Source: Pseudomonadota bacterium
Lineage (GTDB): Bacteria > Pseudomonadota > Alphaproteobacteria > Kiloniellales > J153
Direction of reading: 5' to 3'
DNA: 39,327 nucleotides
Assembly: GCA_022572105.1 (NCBI GenBank)
Contig: JACZWN010000003.1
Span: forward strand, 1-39,327
Position numbers and translations under genes: made by a program. Positions within the stretch are counted from its first letter, which is position 1; each line of letters begins with the position of its first letter. Shown piece by piece: positions 7,948 to 20,963 of this stretch. The notes beneath the pieces were generated by a model. It saw only the letters and a list, made by a program, of their open reading frames with translations, had not been told where the DNA came from and made no database searches.

Positions 7948-9096
7948 ATGCACAGCCCCGCGCCGCGTAGCCTGGACCGAGCCGAGCGCCTGCAATGGCT
8001 GCGCCTCATTCGCAGCGAGAACGTCGGACCGATCACCTTCCGCCAGTTGCTGGCCCGCTTCGGCTCGGCGGGCGCGGCGCTCGACGCCTTGCCCGATCTG
8101 GCCAAGCACGGCGGACGCCGGCGGCCGATCGCGATCTGCTCGAAGGCGGTGGCCGAGACCGAGCTGGCGCGGCTCGAGGCCGTAAACGCGCATACGATCG
8201 CGCTCTGCGAGCCGGAATACCCGCCGGCCCTGGCGGTGCTCGAGGACGCGCCGCCGGTCTTGAGCTGCCTCGGTCACGCGCACCTGCTCCAGCGCGACGC
8301 GATCGCCGTGGTCGGCGCGCGCAACGCCTCGGCCAACGGACGGCGCCTGGCGCGCCAGCTCGCCGCCGACCTGGGCCAGGCCGGGCTTCTGGTCGTCTCG
8401 GGTCTGGCGCGCGGCATCGACGCCGCCGCCCACCAGGGCGCGCTCGAGGCCGGAACCGCGGCCGTGGTGGCCGGCGGCATCGACGTGATCTATCCGGAGG
8501 AGAACACCGCGCTCTACGAGGAGATCCGCTCGCGCGGCGTGATGATCTCCGAGATAGCGGTCGGGACCGCGCCCCAGGCGCGCCACTTCCCGCGCCGCAA
8601 CCGGCTGATTTCCGGCATGTCGCGCGGCGTCCTGGTGGTCGAGGCGGCGTTGCGCTCCGGCTCGCTGATCACGGCGCGCTGCGCGGCCGATCAGGGGCGC
8701 GAGGTCTGCGCCGTGCCGGGCTCGCCGCTCGACCCGCGGGCGCGCGGCTGCAACAATCTGCTGCGCCAGGGCGCGGTCCTGGTGGAAACCGCCGCCGATG
8801 TCCTGGACGCCCTGGAAGGGATGCTCAAACCGCCCGCCGAAGAGCCGAAGGTGGCGGATTTCCTGGCTCCGGCGGCGCCTGCGCCCGACCAGCGCGAGCT
8901 CGCCGCGGCGCGCGATGCGGTGCAGGAACTGCTCGGTCCGACGCCGGTCCCGGTTGACGAAGTGATCCGCGAGTGCCATGTGTCGCCCGCGATCGTGCAC
9001 ATGGCCCTGCTCGAGCTCGAGCTGGCCGGCCGGCTCGAACGGCATCCGGGAAACCGTGTCGCGCTGATCGCCGGGAGTTCGGCCGCGGCATCGTGA
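7948..9096 (+). CDS. dprA: DNA-processing protein DprA
   Basis: LIRSENVGP, AVVGARNAS, SGLARGIDAAAH, FPRRNRLISG, VEAALRSGSLITA, VPGSPLDPR; C-terminal winged helix. Confidence 0.96.
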   Translation: MHSPAPRSLDRAERLQWLRLIRSENVGPITFRQLLARFGSAGAALDALPDLAKHGGRRRPIAICSKAVAETELARLEAVNAHTIALCEPEYPPALAVLEDAPPVLSCLGHAHLLQRDAIAVVGARNASANGRRLARQLAADLGQAGLLVVSGLARGIDAAAHQGALEAGTAAVVAGGIDVIYPEENTALYEEIRSRGVMISEIAVGTAPQARHFPRRNRLISGMSRGVLVVEAALRSGSLITARCAADQGREVCAVPGSPLDPRARGCNNLLRQGAVLVETAADVLDALEGMLKPPAEEPKVADFLAPAAPAPDQRELAAARDAVQELLGPTPVPVDEVIRECHVSPAIVHMALLELELAGRLERHPGNRVALIAGSSAAAS

Positions 9097-9142
9097 CCGC
9101 CGGCCGTTGCACAATTCATCGCGGAAGAGCGCGCGGCCGTAC

Positions 9143-11794
9143 ATGAACGTCGTCGTCGTCGAATCGCCCGCCAAGGCGAAGACCATCAACAAGTACCTGG
9201 GCCCGGGCTACCGGGTGCTGGCCAGCTACGGCCACGTTCGCGACCTGCCCGCCAAGGATGGCTCGGTCGACCCGGAGCGCGACTTCGCCATGATCTGGGA
9301 GGTCGACGCGCGCGGCGAGAAGCAGCTCCAGGCGATCGCCGCGGCGGTCAAGGGCGCCAAGCGGCTGTACCTGGCGACCGACCCGGACCGCGAGGGCGAG
9401 GCGATCTCCTGGCACATCGCCGAGGAACTGGCCCGGCGCGACGCGCTCGACCATGTCCAGGTCCAGCGCGTCGTCTTCAACGAGGTCACCAAGCGGGCCG
9501 TCATCGAGGCCTTCAAGCACCCGCGCGAGCTCAACAAGGAGCTGATCGAGGCCTATCTGGCGCGCCGGGCACTCGACTACCTGGTCGGCTTCACGCTGTC
9601 GCCGGTGCTCTGGCGCAAGCTGCCGGGCAGCCGCTCGGCCGGGCGCGTCCAGTCGGTTACGCTACGTCTCGTCTGCGAGCGCGAGGCCGAGCTGGAGACC
9701 TTCCGCGCGCGCGAATACTGGACCGTCGAGGCGCGCCTGACCGGCCCCTCGGAGGAGCCGTTCAAGGCCCGGCTCACCCACCTCGAAGGCCGCAAGATCG
9801 AGAAATTCGACCTGGGCGACGAGGCCGCGGCCGGCGCGGCCGCCCGGGTCCTGGAACAGGCGCGGGACTTCACCGTCGCCGCGATCGAGCGCAAGACCGT
9901 GCGCCGCAACCCCCAGCCGGCGTTCACGACCTCGACCCTGCAGCAGGAGGCCTCGCGCAAGTTGGGCTTCGGCGCGACCCATACCATGCGCACCGCCCAG
10001 CGGCTTTACGAGGGCATCGACCTCGACGGCGAGACGGTCGGCCTCATCACCTATATGCGCACCGACGGCGTCCAGGTCTCGAGCGAGGCGATCGAGGCGG
10101 CGCGCGGCCTGATCGCGCAGAAGTTCGGCAGCCATTACGTACCGGTCGTGCCGCCGGTCTACAAGACCAAGGCCAAGAACGCCCAGGAAGCGCACGAGGC
10201 GATCCGCCCGACCGACCTGTTCCGGCAGCCGCAGGACGTGGCGTCCCGCCTCGGCCCGGACGAGCTCAAGCTGTACCGCCTGATCTGGACCCGCATGCTG
10301 GCCAGCCAGATGGAGAGCGCGCGCCTGGATCAGGTCGCGGTCGATATCGCCGTCGACGGCGCGGCGGCACGGCTGCGGGCGACCGGCTCGGTGGTCCTCT
10401 TCGACGGCTTTCTGGCGCTCTATCAGGAAGGCCGCGACGAGGGCCGCGACAACGATAATACCGACGGGGCCGGGCGCGCGGGCAACGCGGATTCCGAGCG
10501 CCGGCTGCCCGAGCTGCTCGACGGCGACCGCCTGACCCGCCTCGCGGTCCTGCCCGAGCAGCACTTCACCCAACCGCCGCCGCGCTACAGCGAGGCGAGC
10601 CTGGTCAAGAAGCTCGAGGAGCTGGGGATCGGGCGGCCGTCGACCTACGCCTCGATCCTACAGGTGCTCCAGGACCGCGACTACGTGCGCCTGGAAAAGC
10701 GCCGCTTCGTGCCCGAGGACCGCGGCCGCCTGGTGACCGCCTTCCTGAGCAGCTTCTTCGAGCGCTACGTCCAGTACAACTTCACCGCCGATCTGGAGAC
10801 CCAGCTGGACGACATCTCGGGCGGACGCAAGGCCTGGAAGACCGTGCTCGAGCAGTTCTGGCACGCCTTCAACAAGAAGGTCAGCGAAACCAAGGAGTTG
10901 TCGATCAGCGACGTCATCGACACCCTCGATCGGGATCTGGGTCCGCACTTCTTCCCGGCCGACCCGGAGGCGCCGGACAAAGACCCGCGCGCCTGCCCGA
11001 CCTGCGGCGACGGGCGGCTCGGCCTGAAGCTGGGGCGTAGCGGCGGCTTCGTCGGCTGCTCCAACTATCCGGACTGCCGCCACACCCGGCCGCTCGCGGT
11101 GCCGGGCGCGGGAGACGAAGCGGCGGACACGGAGCTGGCCGGCCCGCGCGAGCTCGGCACCGACCCCGAGACCGGCGAGACCGTGACCCTGCGAAAGGGG
11201 CCCTACGGGGTCTACCTGCAGCGCGGCGAGCCGAAGGGCCCGAAAGGCAAGGAAAAGCCGCCGCGCGTCTCCCTGCCGAAGGGACTGGCGCCGGCCGAGA
11301 TCACCCTCGGCACGGCGCTCGCCCTGCTCGCCCTGCCGCGCAGCATCGGCGCCCATCCCGAAACCGGGCAGCCGATCACCGCCGGCATCGGGCGCTACGG
11401 CCCCTACGTCAAGCACGAGTCGACCTACCGCAACATTCCCGACCCCGAGGACGTGCTCACCATCGGCCTCAACCGCGCGGTCGCCCTGATCGCCGAGGCG
11501 ACGACCCGGCGCGGCTCGAGCGCCGGCAAGGAGATCGGCTCCCACCCGGGCGACGGCAAGCCGGTCACGCTGCACTCCGGGCGCTACGGCCCCTACGTCA
11601 AGCACGGCCGGACCATCGCCTCCCTGCCCAAGGGCCAGTCCGCGGACGAGTTGAGCTTCGAGCGCGCGCTCGCGCTCCTGGCCGCCAAAGCCGAAAAGGA
11701 CAAGGCCAAGGGCAAGAAGACGGCCACGCCAGCGAAGAAGAGGCCGGCCAAGAAGGCCAAGCGCGCGAAGAAAGCCAAGAAGGCCGCGAACTGA
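9143..11794 (+). CDS. topA: DNA topoisomerase I
   Basis: VESPAKAKTI, ATDPDREGE, SAGRVQS, ITYMRTD (catalytic Tyr), a Zn ribbon, GxYGxY C-terminal repeats and a Lys-rich tail. Confidence 0.98.
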   Translation: MNVVVVESPAKAKTINKYLGPGYRVLASYGHVRDLPAKDGSVDPERDFAMIWEVDARGEKQLQAIAAAVKGAKRLYLATDPDREGEAISWHIAEELARRDALDHVQVQRVVFNEVTKRAVIEAFKHPRELNKELIEAYLARRALDYLVGFTLSPVLWRKLPGSRSAGRVQSVTLRLVCEREAELETFRAREYWTVEARLTGPSEEPFKARLTHLEGRKIEKFDLGDEAAAGAAARVLEQARDFTVAAIERKTVRRNPQPAFTTSTLQQEASRKLGFGATHTMRTAQRLYEGIDLDGETVGLITYMRTDGVQVSSEAIEAARGLIAQKFGSHYVPVVPPVYKTKAKNAQEAHEAIRPTDLFRQPQDVASRLGPDELKLYRLIWTRMLASQMESARLDQVAVDIAVDGAAARLRATGSVVLFDGFLALYQEGRDEGRDNDNTDGAGRAGNADSERRLPELLDGDRLTRLAVLPEQHFTQPPPRYSEASLVKKLEELGIGRPSTYASILQVLQDRDYVRLEKRRFVPEDRGRLVTAFLSSFFERYVQYNFTADLETQLDDISGGRKAWKTVLEQFWHAFNKKVSETKELSISDVIDTLDRDLGPHFFPADPEAPDKDPRACPTCGDGRLGLKLGRSGGFVGCSNYPDCRHTRPLAVPGAGDEAADTELAGPRELGTDPETGETVTLRKGPYGVYLQRGEPKGPKGKEKPPRVSLPKGLAPAEITLGTALALLALPRSIGAHPETGQPITAGIGRYGPYVKHESTYRNIPDPEDVLTIGLNRAVALIAEATTRRGSSAGKEIGSHPGDGKPVTLHSGRYGPYVKHGRTIASLPKGQSADELSFERALALLAAKAEKDKAKGKKTATPAKKRPAKKAKRAKKAKKAAN

Positions 11795-11806
11795 CAGGAC
11801 GACTTT

Positions 11807-14227
<2,421 letters not shown>

Positions 14228-14259
14228 AGCCGGGCAACACCGGGAGCTATGAGCAAAAT

Positions 14260-14277
14260 ATGGTTAATAAAGGTTAA
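14260..14277 (-). promoter_or_regulatory. Possible CtrA half-sites in an AT-rich intergenic region
   Basis: Minus strand reads TTAACCAT (14260-14267) and TTAACCT (14271-14277); the TTAA elements are 6 bp apart rather than the canonical 7. Confidence 0.35.
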
Positions 14278-14443
14278 GTGATTGTGAATCTCGACTTGCC
14301 CGCAGTGCCGAATATTCCGTAAGAGGCCGGTTATTAACAATTTTATTTGAAATATAAGTAGCCTTACGCAGGCCCGGTCGGGTACCATGGCGGCGCGCCG
14401 GGTACCAAAAAAAAACTTAGCGATGCGGGGACAGGTAGTGGCT

Positions 14444-16060
14444 ATGGGAGGACAGGTGAGACTTCGGTTTTCGCGGCGGGGCCGGGAGGCCTGGCGGCGT
14501 CTCGGCGCTATTTCCGTCGCGTTCCTCATGGTGGCCTGCGCCTCGCAGGACACGCGGGTTACCGCCGAGTCCGACCTGTCGCTCGCCGATCGCCTGTTCA
14601 GCACCGGCTACCAGGATATCGCCGACATCTACATCGACGAGGTGACGGCGGCGAATCTCGCTCTGGCGGGACTGGGCAACCTGTCGAGCCTCTACCCCGA
14701 CGTCTCGGTGACGCAAAGCGGGAACTGGGTGACGCTTTCGGTGGACGGCCGGCCGGCGGGCAGCTTCAGCGCTCCGGACGGTCTCGACGCCGAGGGTTGG
14801 GGCGAGCTCACCGCGTCCGCGCTCAGAATCGGGCGCGGCCATTCCCCGGAAATGAGCGGCGCCGAACCGGAAGAGATCTATGAGGTCGTCTTCGACGGCG
14901 TGCTGGGCGAGCTGGACAGTTTCTCCCGCTACGCCGGCCGCGACGAGGCGCGCGAGAACAGGGCGAGCCGGGACGGCTTCGGCGGCATCGGCGTGCGCAT
15001 CCGCCTGATCGACCAGGGTATCCGGATCCTCTCGGTCATGGAAAACACCCCGGCCGAGCGCTCGGGTCTTCAGGACAACGACATCATCGTCGAGATCGAC
15101 GGGATCCCGACGGTGGGGCTCAGTCAGCGCGAGGTGGTGCGACGCCTGCGCGGCCCGCTGCGCAGCCGCGTCGAGTTGACGGTCGAGCGCGAGACCCAGC
15201 CCGCCGCCCTCGATATTGCGGTGGTCCGGGCGCACATCGTTCCGCAGACCGTCAAGTACGAGCGCCAAGGCAATCTCGCCGTCATACGGATCAGCGGCTT
15301 CAACCAGAGCACCACGCGCTCGCTACGCGAGAAGCTCGAGCTCGCTGAAGACGAGATCGGTCCGGCGTTGGCCGGTTTCGTGCTCGACCTTCGCGGCAAC
15401 CCCGGTGGCCTGCTCGATCAGGCGGTCGCGGTGTCCGACCTGTTTATCGGCGCCGGCCGCATCGTCTCGACCCATGGGCGGCATCCGGACAGCCATCAAT
15501 ACTTCGACGCCGACGCCGATGACTTGGCGAAGGACCGGCCCGTGGTGGTCCTGGTCAACGGCAACTCGGCCTCGGCCTCGGAGATCGTCGCCGCCGCACT
15601 TCAGGATTCGGGCCGCGCCGTGGTGATCGGCAGCGGATCGTTCGGCAAGGGCACGGTGCAGACCGTGCTGCGCTTGCCCAACGAAGGAGAGTTGACGCTC
15701 ACCTGGGCGCGCTTCCACGCGCCCTCCGGCTACGCCTTGAATGGGCGTGGCGTGCTGCCCGACATCTGCACGACCGCGGAGGACCTGAGCGCCGACGACG
15801 TGCTGGAGCGCCTGCGCGAGGGGACCTTGCTCTTCGATCGCACGGCCCAGCGCAGGGACATCGACCCGGACGACACCGCCGCCATCAAAGCCTTCCGCGC
15901 CATGTGCCCGGCACGCCAGGGCGACCCCCAGTTGGACATCGAGGTGGCTCGGCGCCTGATCGAGGACCCGGTTCTCTTCGCGCGCGCCTTGGGCGCCGGA
16001 ACGCCGGATACCGCCCGCCTGGAGACCGGCCAGTCGGCCGTCGCGCCCAGCCCCCAGTGA
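14444..16060 (+). CDS. S41-family C-terminal processing protease with PDZ domain, probable lipoprotein
   Basis: FGGIG PDZ loop, DLRGNPGG, SASASE (catalytic Ser), FGKGTVQ (Lys); LMVAC lipobox. Start could be 14423, 14444 or 14456. Confidence 0.9.
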   Translation: MGGQVRLRFSRRGREAWRRLGAISVAFLMVACASQDTRVTAESDLSLADRLFSTGYQDIADIYIDEVTAANLALAGLGNLSSLYPDVSVTQSGNWVTLSVDGRPAGSFSAPDGLDAEGWGELTASALRIGRGHSPEMSGAEPEEIYEVVFDGVLGELDSFSRYAGRDEARENRASRDGFGGIGVRIRLIDQGIRILSVMENTPAERSGLQDNDIIVEIDGIPTVGLSQREVVRRLRGPLRSRVELTVERETQPAALDIAVVRAHIVPQTVKYERQGNLAVIRISGFNQSTTRSLREKLELAEDEIGPALAGFVLDLRGNPGGLLDQAVAVSDLFIGAGRIVSTHGRHPDSHQYFDADADDLAKDRPVVVLVNGNSASASEIVAAALQDSGRAVVIGSGSFGKGTVQTVLRLPNEGELTLTWARFHAPSGYALNGRGVLPDICTTAEDLSADDVLERLREGTLLFDRTAQRRDIDPDDTAAIKAFRAMCPARQGDPQLDIEVARRLIEDPVLFARALGAGTPDTARLETGQSAVAPSPQ

Positions 16061-16066
16061 GCGTTA

Positions 16067-16798
16067 TTGACTATCGTTAGACCGGCCATTAGACCGGCCG
16101 AAGCCGCCGGCCTCGTCCTGATCCGCCAGGCGCGGAGCGCCGCCGGCGACGACGAGGTGTTGCTCGGCCGCCGCAGCCAAGGCTCCCGGTTCATGCCCGG
16201 CGTCTACGTCTTTCCCGGCGGCCGACTTAGCGCGCTCGATCGTAGGCCGTCCGGATTCGCCGAGGACTTGGCGCCACCGCCACCCGGGCTCGACGCCCGG
16301 ACCCGGACCCGGCTCGCGGTCTTCGCCCGCGCCGCCCTGCGCGAGACCTTCGAGGAAACCGGACTGTTGCTGGGCTTGCCGACGCCGGCAACGGCCCCCG
16401 CGGACGCCGCCACGACGCGTGCGCCCGACGTTTGGGCCGCCTTCGCGCGCGCCGGCCTCGCCCCCGCCTTCGGCGCGCTCGGGCTGGTCGCCCGGGCGAT
16501 CACGCCGACCGCTTCGCCTCTGCGCTTCCACACCCGCTTTTTCCTGGCCGAGGGCGCGAACGCACACGGGCCGCTCGGCGGCGACGGCGAACTCGAGGAT
16601 ATTCGTTGGGTCCCGGTCCCAGCCGCCCCCGCCCTGCCGATCCCCGAGGTCACTTTGCGCGTCCTCGAGGAAGCGCTGGCGCGCCGCGCCGAGGACGCCC
16701 AGGGCGCGCGCGGCACCCGGCCGGCACCCCTGTTCCGATGGGTCGGCCCGAAGATGCGGCCCCGCGCCTGGCCCGGGCCGCTCGGCCGGCGGGCTTGA
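16067..16798 (+). CDS. NUDIX hydrolase
   Basis: FMPGVYVFPGG...AALRETFEETGL Nudix box; ITP...RFHTRFF. Confidence 0.88.
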   Translation: MTIVRPAIRPAEAAGLVLIRQARSAAGDDEVLLGRRSQGSRFMPGVYVFPGGRLSALDRRPSGFAEDLAPPPPGLDARTRTRLAVFARAALRETFEETGLLLGLPTPATAPADAATTRAPDVWAAFARAGLAPAFGALGLVARAITPTASPLRFHTRFFLAEGANAHGPLGGDGELEDIRWVPVPAAPALPIPEVTLRVLEEALARRAEDAQGARGTRPAPLFRWVGPKMRPRAWPGPLGRRA

Positions 16799-16879
16799 CT
16801 TCCGCGGCGCGATGCGCTGAATACCGAAACTCAATCATTTGGGTATAAGATCTAAGATCCGCGCGGAAAGGAAAGCGCC

Positions 16880-17047
16880 ATGGCCAAGCCGACGACGCAA
16901 CTGATCAAGATGGTAAGCACCGCGGACACCGGCTATTTCTACGTGACCAGGAAGAACTCGCGGACCATGACCGAGAAGCTGCAGCTGCGCAAATACGACC
17001 CGCGCGCGCGCAAGCACGTGATCTTCAAGGAATCGAAGATGAAGTAG
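16880..17047 (+). CDS. rpmG: 50S ribosomal protein L33 (not in the ORF track)
   Basis: Manual translation [55 protein letters not shown]; AAGGA upstream. Confidence 0.97.
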   Translation: MAKPTTQLIKMVSTADTGYFYVTRKNSRTMTEKLQLRKYDPRARKHVIFKESKMK

Positions 17048-17077
17048 GCTCGCCCCCGACCGGGACCCGAGATCAGC

Positions 17078-17102
17078 GCGGCCGCCTCACGGGCGGCCGT
17101 TT
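17078..17102 (+). terminator. GC-rich hairpin, likely terminator between convergent rpmG and pleD
   Basis: GCGGCCGCC-TCACG-GGCGGCCGT followed by only a short T run. Confidence 0.5.
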
Positions 17103-17162
17103 CGCGTTACCGCACCGAACGCCTATAGCCAGCCCCACTAACGTGGAATCGCGCCGGCCCGC

Positions 17163-18590
17163 TCATCCGCCGGCGACGGCGTTCATGGGTTCGGCCGACG
17201 CCTCCCCGTCTTCGGGCGCATCGGCCGAGCGGACCCGGTTGCGCCCGGCGTCCTTGGCGGCATAGAGCGCCGCGTCGGCCCGTCCCAGCAGGTTCTGGGA
17301 CGTCTCCGTGGGATCGGTCGTCGTGGCCACGCCGAGCGAGGCGGTGATCGGCAGCGCCTGGTCGCTGCCCGAGATCTCGAAGGGCTGCGCCGCCAGGCGC
17401 AGGCGCAGGCGCTCGGCCACCATGGCGGCCGGGTCCGGCGGCGTGCTCGGCATGATGACGACGAATTCCTCGCCGCCGTAGCGCGCCAAGAGGTCGAAGT
17501 CGCGGATGCTGTCGCCGACCCGCTCGGCGACCGTCTTGAGCACCTCGTCGCCGGCGGCGTGGCCATAGGTGTCGTTGACCCGCTTGAAGTGATCGATGTC
17601 GAAGATCAGCACCGACACCGGCTTCTGGGTGTCGGAGATCTCCATGATCTTGCGATCCAGGTGCGCGTTCATGTAGCGCCGGTTGTAGATGCCGGTCAGC
17701 GGGTCGGTGTAGGCGAGCGACACGCTCTTGGCGAGCATCTCGTGCAGCTTGTCGTGATAGCGCCGGCGGCGGATTTGGGTGCGCGTGCGGGCGAGCAGCT
17801 CGTTCTGGTCGATCGGCCGGATCAGGTAATCGGTCACGCCGAGATCGAGGCCCTTGGCGAGCTGTTCCAGATCGCCCTCGTCAAGGATGAGCAGGATCGG
17901 CACGTGCCGCGTCTCTTCCTGCGAGCGGTACTGGGAGCACAGCCTGAGGCCGTCCTCCCCGGCCAGATGAAGGCTGACGATGATGAGATCCATATCCTGC
18001 TCGCGACTGCGCTCCAGGGCCTCGGCGGCGCCCGTCGTGCGGAAGATATCGTGGCCGGCCGCGCTCAGGTACTCGGTCAATTTCTCGGCCAGCAATTCCT
18101 CGCTCTCGACCAGCAGGATACGGCCGTTTCGGGCATCGTCCTCGGTATCCAGCGGCGCCTCGTCGGTGATGTCGAGTTGACCGGTCGTCGCGTGGCGCAC
18201 GCGCAGTTCGTCCATCATGACCTTGAGCCGGGTCAGCGAACGCACGCGCGCGAAGAGAGCGATGTCGTTGACCGGTTTGGACAGGAAATCGTCGGCGCCC
18301 GCCTCGAGGCCGCGGACACGGTCGGCGGTATCGGTCAGCGCCGTGATCATGACGATCGGAATATGCCGCGTCTTGATATCCGTCTTCAGGCGCCTCGCCA
18401 CCTCGAATCCGTCCATGCCCGGCATCATGACGTCGAGCAGGATCAAATCCGGAGCCTGGGCCTGGGCCGCTTCCAGAGCGGAGAAACCGTCGTTCGCGGT
18501 GAGAACCTCGAAGTACTCGGCGGTCAGCTTCGCCTCAAGCAAACGGACGTTGGCCGGAATGTCGTCAACAACCAGAATCCGGGCGGTCAT
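17163..18590 (-). CDS. pleD: PleD response-regulator diguanylate cyclase (REC-REC-GGDEF)
   Basis: MTARILVVDD, LLDVMMP, RDFD I-site, GGEEF; directly downstream of divK. Confidence 0.96.
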   Translation of the reverse strand: MTARILVVDDIPANVRLLEAKLTAEYFEVLTANDGFSALEAAQAQAPDLILLDVMMPGMDGFEVARRLKTDIKTRHIPIVMITALTDTADRVRGLEAGADDFLSKPVNDIALFARVRSLTRLKVMMDELRVRHATTGQLDITDEAPLDTEDDARNGRILLVESEELLAEKLTEYLSAAGHDIFRTTGAAEALERSREQDMDLIIVSLHLAGEDGLRLCSQYRSQEETRHVPILLILDEGDLEQLAKGLDLGVTDYLIRPIDQNELLARTRTQIRRRRYHDKLHEMLAKSVSLAYTDPLTGIYNRRYMNAHLDRKIMEISDTQKPVSVLIFDIDHFKRVNDTYGHAAGDEVLKTVAERVGDSIRDFDLLARYGGEEFVVIMPSTPPDPAAMVAERLRLRLAAQPFEISGSDQALPITASLGVATTTDPTETSQNLLGRADAALYAAKDAGRNRVRSADAPEDGEASAEPMNAVAGG

Positions 18591-18611
18591 CTGCTGGTTC
18601 CGGCGGAGCGA

Positions 18612-19007
18612 TTAGCTGAGGAATCGCTGCACGGTTTCCAGGAAGTTGGTGACCGAGATGGGCTTGGCGATGTACGCCTCGCACCCGCCCTCGCGGATTT
18701 TTTCCTCGTCGCCCTTCATGGCAAAGGCGGTGACCGCGATAACGGGAATGGATTTCAGGTCGTCGTCTTCCTTGATCCATTTCGTTACCTCCAGGCCGGA
18801 GACCTCCGGCAACTGGATGTCCATCAGGATGAGATCCGGCTTATGCTCGCGCGCCAGACGCAACGCATCCATGCCGTCCTTGGTCTGAAGGATATTGTAG
18901 CCGTGCGCCTCCAGGAGGTCGTGGAACAGCTTCATGTTGAGTTCGTTGTCCTCGACCACGAGGACGGTCTTTGCAGATCCATTCGTCGATTTGGTGGCCA
19001 CGCCCAT
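18612..19007 (-). CDS. divK: Single-domain response regulator DivK
   Basis: [37 protein letters not shown]; AAGGGAG before the ATG at 19007. Confidence 0.96.
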   Translation of the reverse strand: MGVATKSTNGSAKTVLVVEDNELNMKLFHDLLEAHGYNILQTKDGMDALRLAREHKPDLILMDIQLPEVSGLEVTKWIKEDDDLKSIPVIAVTAFAMKGDEEKIREGGCEAYIAKPISVTNFLETVQRFLS

Positions 19008-19513
19008 GCTCCCTTCTTGAGCCGACCCCTTGCGTAACCGTTCGCCATCCCCGCCGCAAGCCAAGCCGCGGCAGGAAGGCATTCAACCGACCGGAGATCC
19101 TCCGGCCACGGTCACGCGCAAGGCACTGTTACGGAACCTGGCTCAAACACTAGAAGAATAAAATTAACGATTGGTAAGGATTTGTCCAAAGCTGGTTACC
19201 GCGCTGCGATGCCTGCGCGCCCATCGGCTAGCCGGCATCCGCGGCGGATGCACGCCTTTCGGTTTATTTCTATACTTGAGAAATAGCTCTGAAACATTTG
19301 ATTTTACAAGAATTTATTGGAAAGACGTTCTTCGATTCTTCGCGCCGGAACCGACCGGCTTATTTGGACCTCGGCACGGCTCGGCAGGACCGGCGCCCGA
19401 ATTCCCGCCCTTGCCCATTTGCCAGCGCGGGTGCGGCTTGTTAGGAACGCCCTGCCGCCGCGGCGGCAGCGAGCACGGAAACAAACGCAAACAAACGACC
19501 ACCCGAGACCTCC

Positions 19514-19888
19514 ATGACCGTGGTTTTCGCCGTTGCCGCGGGCGGTGCGCTGGGCGCGCTCGGCCGCTATCTGGTTCTATCGTGGCTCGGCCACCGGCTC
19601 GGGTTCGGCTTTCCTTTCGGCACGCTCGCGGTCAACGTGCTCGGTTCGTTTCTGGCGGGCCTATTGCTCGCGCTCAGCTCCACGGTGTGGCCGGCGCCGC
19701 TTGAGCTGAGGCTGTTTCTCGGCGTCGGCATCCTCGGCGCCTTCACCACCTTTTCGACCTTTGCCATGGACACCGCCTACCTGGTCGGCCAGCATCGGCC
19801 GGCAGCGGTCGCGATTTACGTCCTGGCCTCGGTCGCGCTCTCGCTGGCGGGAGCCTTCGCGGGCTATCATCGGCCTACGCGGCCCTAG
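19514..19888 (+). CDS. crcB: Fluoride efflux channel FluC/CrcB
   Basis: GGALGALGRY, FPFGTLAVNVLGSF, GILGAFTTFSTF motifs. Confidence 0.93.
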   Translation: MTVVFAVAAGGALGALGRYLVLSWLGHRLGFGFPFGTLAVNVLGSFLAGLLLALSSTVWPAPLELRLFLGVGILGAFTTFSTFAMDTAYLVGQHRPAAVAIYVLASVALSLAGAFAGYHRPTRP

Positions 19889-19990
19889 CCTGACGCGGCC
19901 CTGGCCTGACGCGGGGCGGACGCGCGATACTGCCGACGGATTGGGACCGGCGACCCGGGTCGAGCGCACCCGAAAAGACCGGCCGAAGCC

Positions 19991-20950
19991 ATGAGCGAAC
20001 CTGACCACCTTCGCCTGGGCATCGACCTCGGCGGCACCAAGATCGAGGGCATCGCGCTCGACGCGCACGGCCGCGACCTCCTGCGTCGGCGCGTCCCTAC
20101 GCCCCGGGGCGATTACCAGGGCACGGTGGCGGCGGTCGCCGGGCTGGTCGCGTCGATGGAGGGCGAGCTCGGCCGGCGCGGCAGCGTCGGGGTCGGCATC
20201 CCGGGCGCGGTCTCGCCGGCGACCGGTCGGATCAAGAACGCCAATTCGACCTGGCTCATCGGCCGGGCCTTCGACCGCGACCTGGCGGCGGCGCTCGGGC
20301 GCCCGGTGCGGCTGGCCAACGACGCCAACTGCTTCGCGCTCTCCGAGGCGGTGGACGGGGCGGCGGCCGGCGCCGGGGTCGTCTTCGGCGTCATCCTCGG
20401 CACCGGCGTCGGCGGCGGCATCGCCATTGGCGGGCGCCCGCTCGTCGGGCGCAACGCGATCGCCGGCGAGTGGGGCCACAATCCCCTGCCCTGGCCGCGC
20501 GACGCGGAGCGCCCGGGTCCGCCGTGCTACTGCGGCAAACGCGGCTGCATCGAGACCTTCCTGTCCGGCCCGGGCCTGACCCGCGATTATGCCGCGGCCG
20601 GCGGAGCCGAGGTCCCGCCCGAGGAGATCGCGGCCCGGGCCGAGGCCGGCGACCCGGAGGCGCTGGCCGCGCTCGAGCGCTACGAGGACCGGCTGGCGCG
20701 CGGGCTGGCTCAGGTCATCAACCTGCTCGACCCGGACGCGATCGTACTCGGCGGCGGCCTGTCCAACCTGGCGCGCCTCTATGACTCCTTGCGCCGGCGC
20801 CTGCCGGCCTACGTCTTCTCCGACCGGGTCGACACGCGCCTCAGCGCGCCGCGCCACGGCGATTCGAGCGGCGTGCGCGGCGCCGCCCGGTTGTGGGCCG
20901 AGGACGAGATCGCCGCGGCGGTCGGCGGCCCAGGCGCGCCACGGCCATGA
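19991..20950 (+). CDS. ROK-family sugar kinase (fructokinase/Mak-like)
   Basis: GIDLGGTK, NDANCFALSE, GTGVGGG, GEWGH, CYCGKRGCIE. Confidence 0.93.
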   Translation: MSEPDHLRLGIDLGGTKIEGIALDAHGRDLLRRRVPTPRGDYQGTVAAVAGLVASMEGELGRRGSVGVGIPGAVSPATGRIKNANSTWLIGRAFDRDLAAALGRPVRLANDANCFALSEAVDGAAAGAGVVFGVILGTGVGGGIAIGGRPLVGRNAIAGEWGHNPLPWPRDAERPGPPCYCGKRGCIETFLSGPGLTRDYAAAGGAEVPPEEIAARAEAGDPEALAALERYEDRLARGLAQVINLLDPDAIVLGGGLSNLARLYDSLRRRLPAYVFSDRVDTRLSAPRHGDSSGVRGAARLWAEDEIAAAVGGPGAPRP

Positions 20951-20963
20951 GCGCGCCGCGGCC

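Noticed and set aside
19164-19178. Full CtrA box upstream of divK
   Set aside because: TTAA-N7-TAAG has two mismatches in the second half; kept only as a weak half-site remark.
19300-19513. Fluoride riboswitch upstream of crcB
   Set aside because: No GGCGATGG...CGCC / GCTGATGAC-like core is visible.
20589-20963. N-terminal extension of DinB in the ORF track
   Set aside because: Overlaps the ROK kinase gene; DinB-like sequence begins at ATG 20964.
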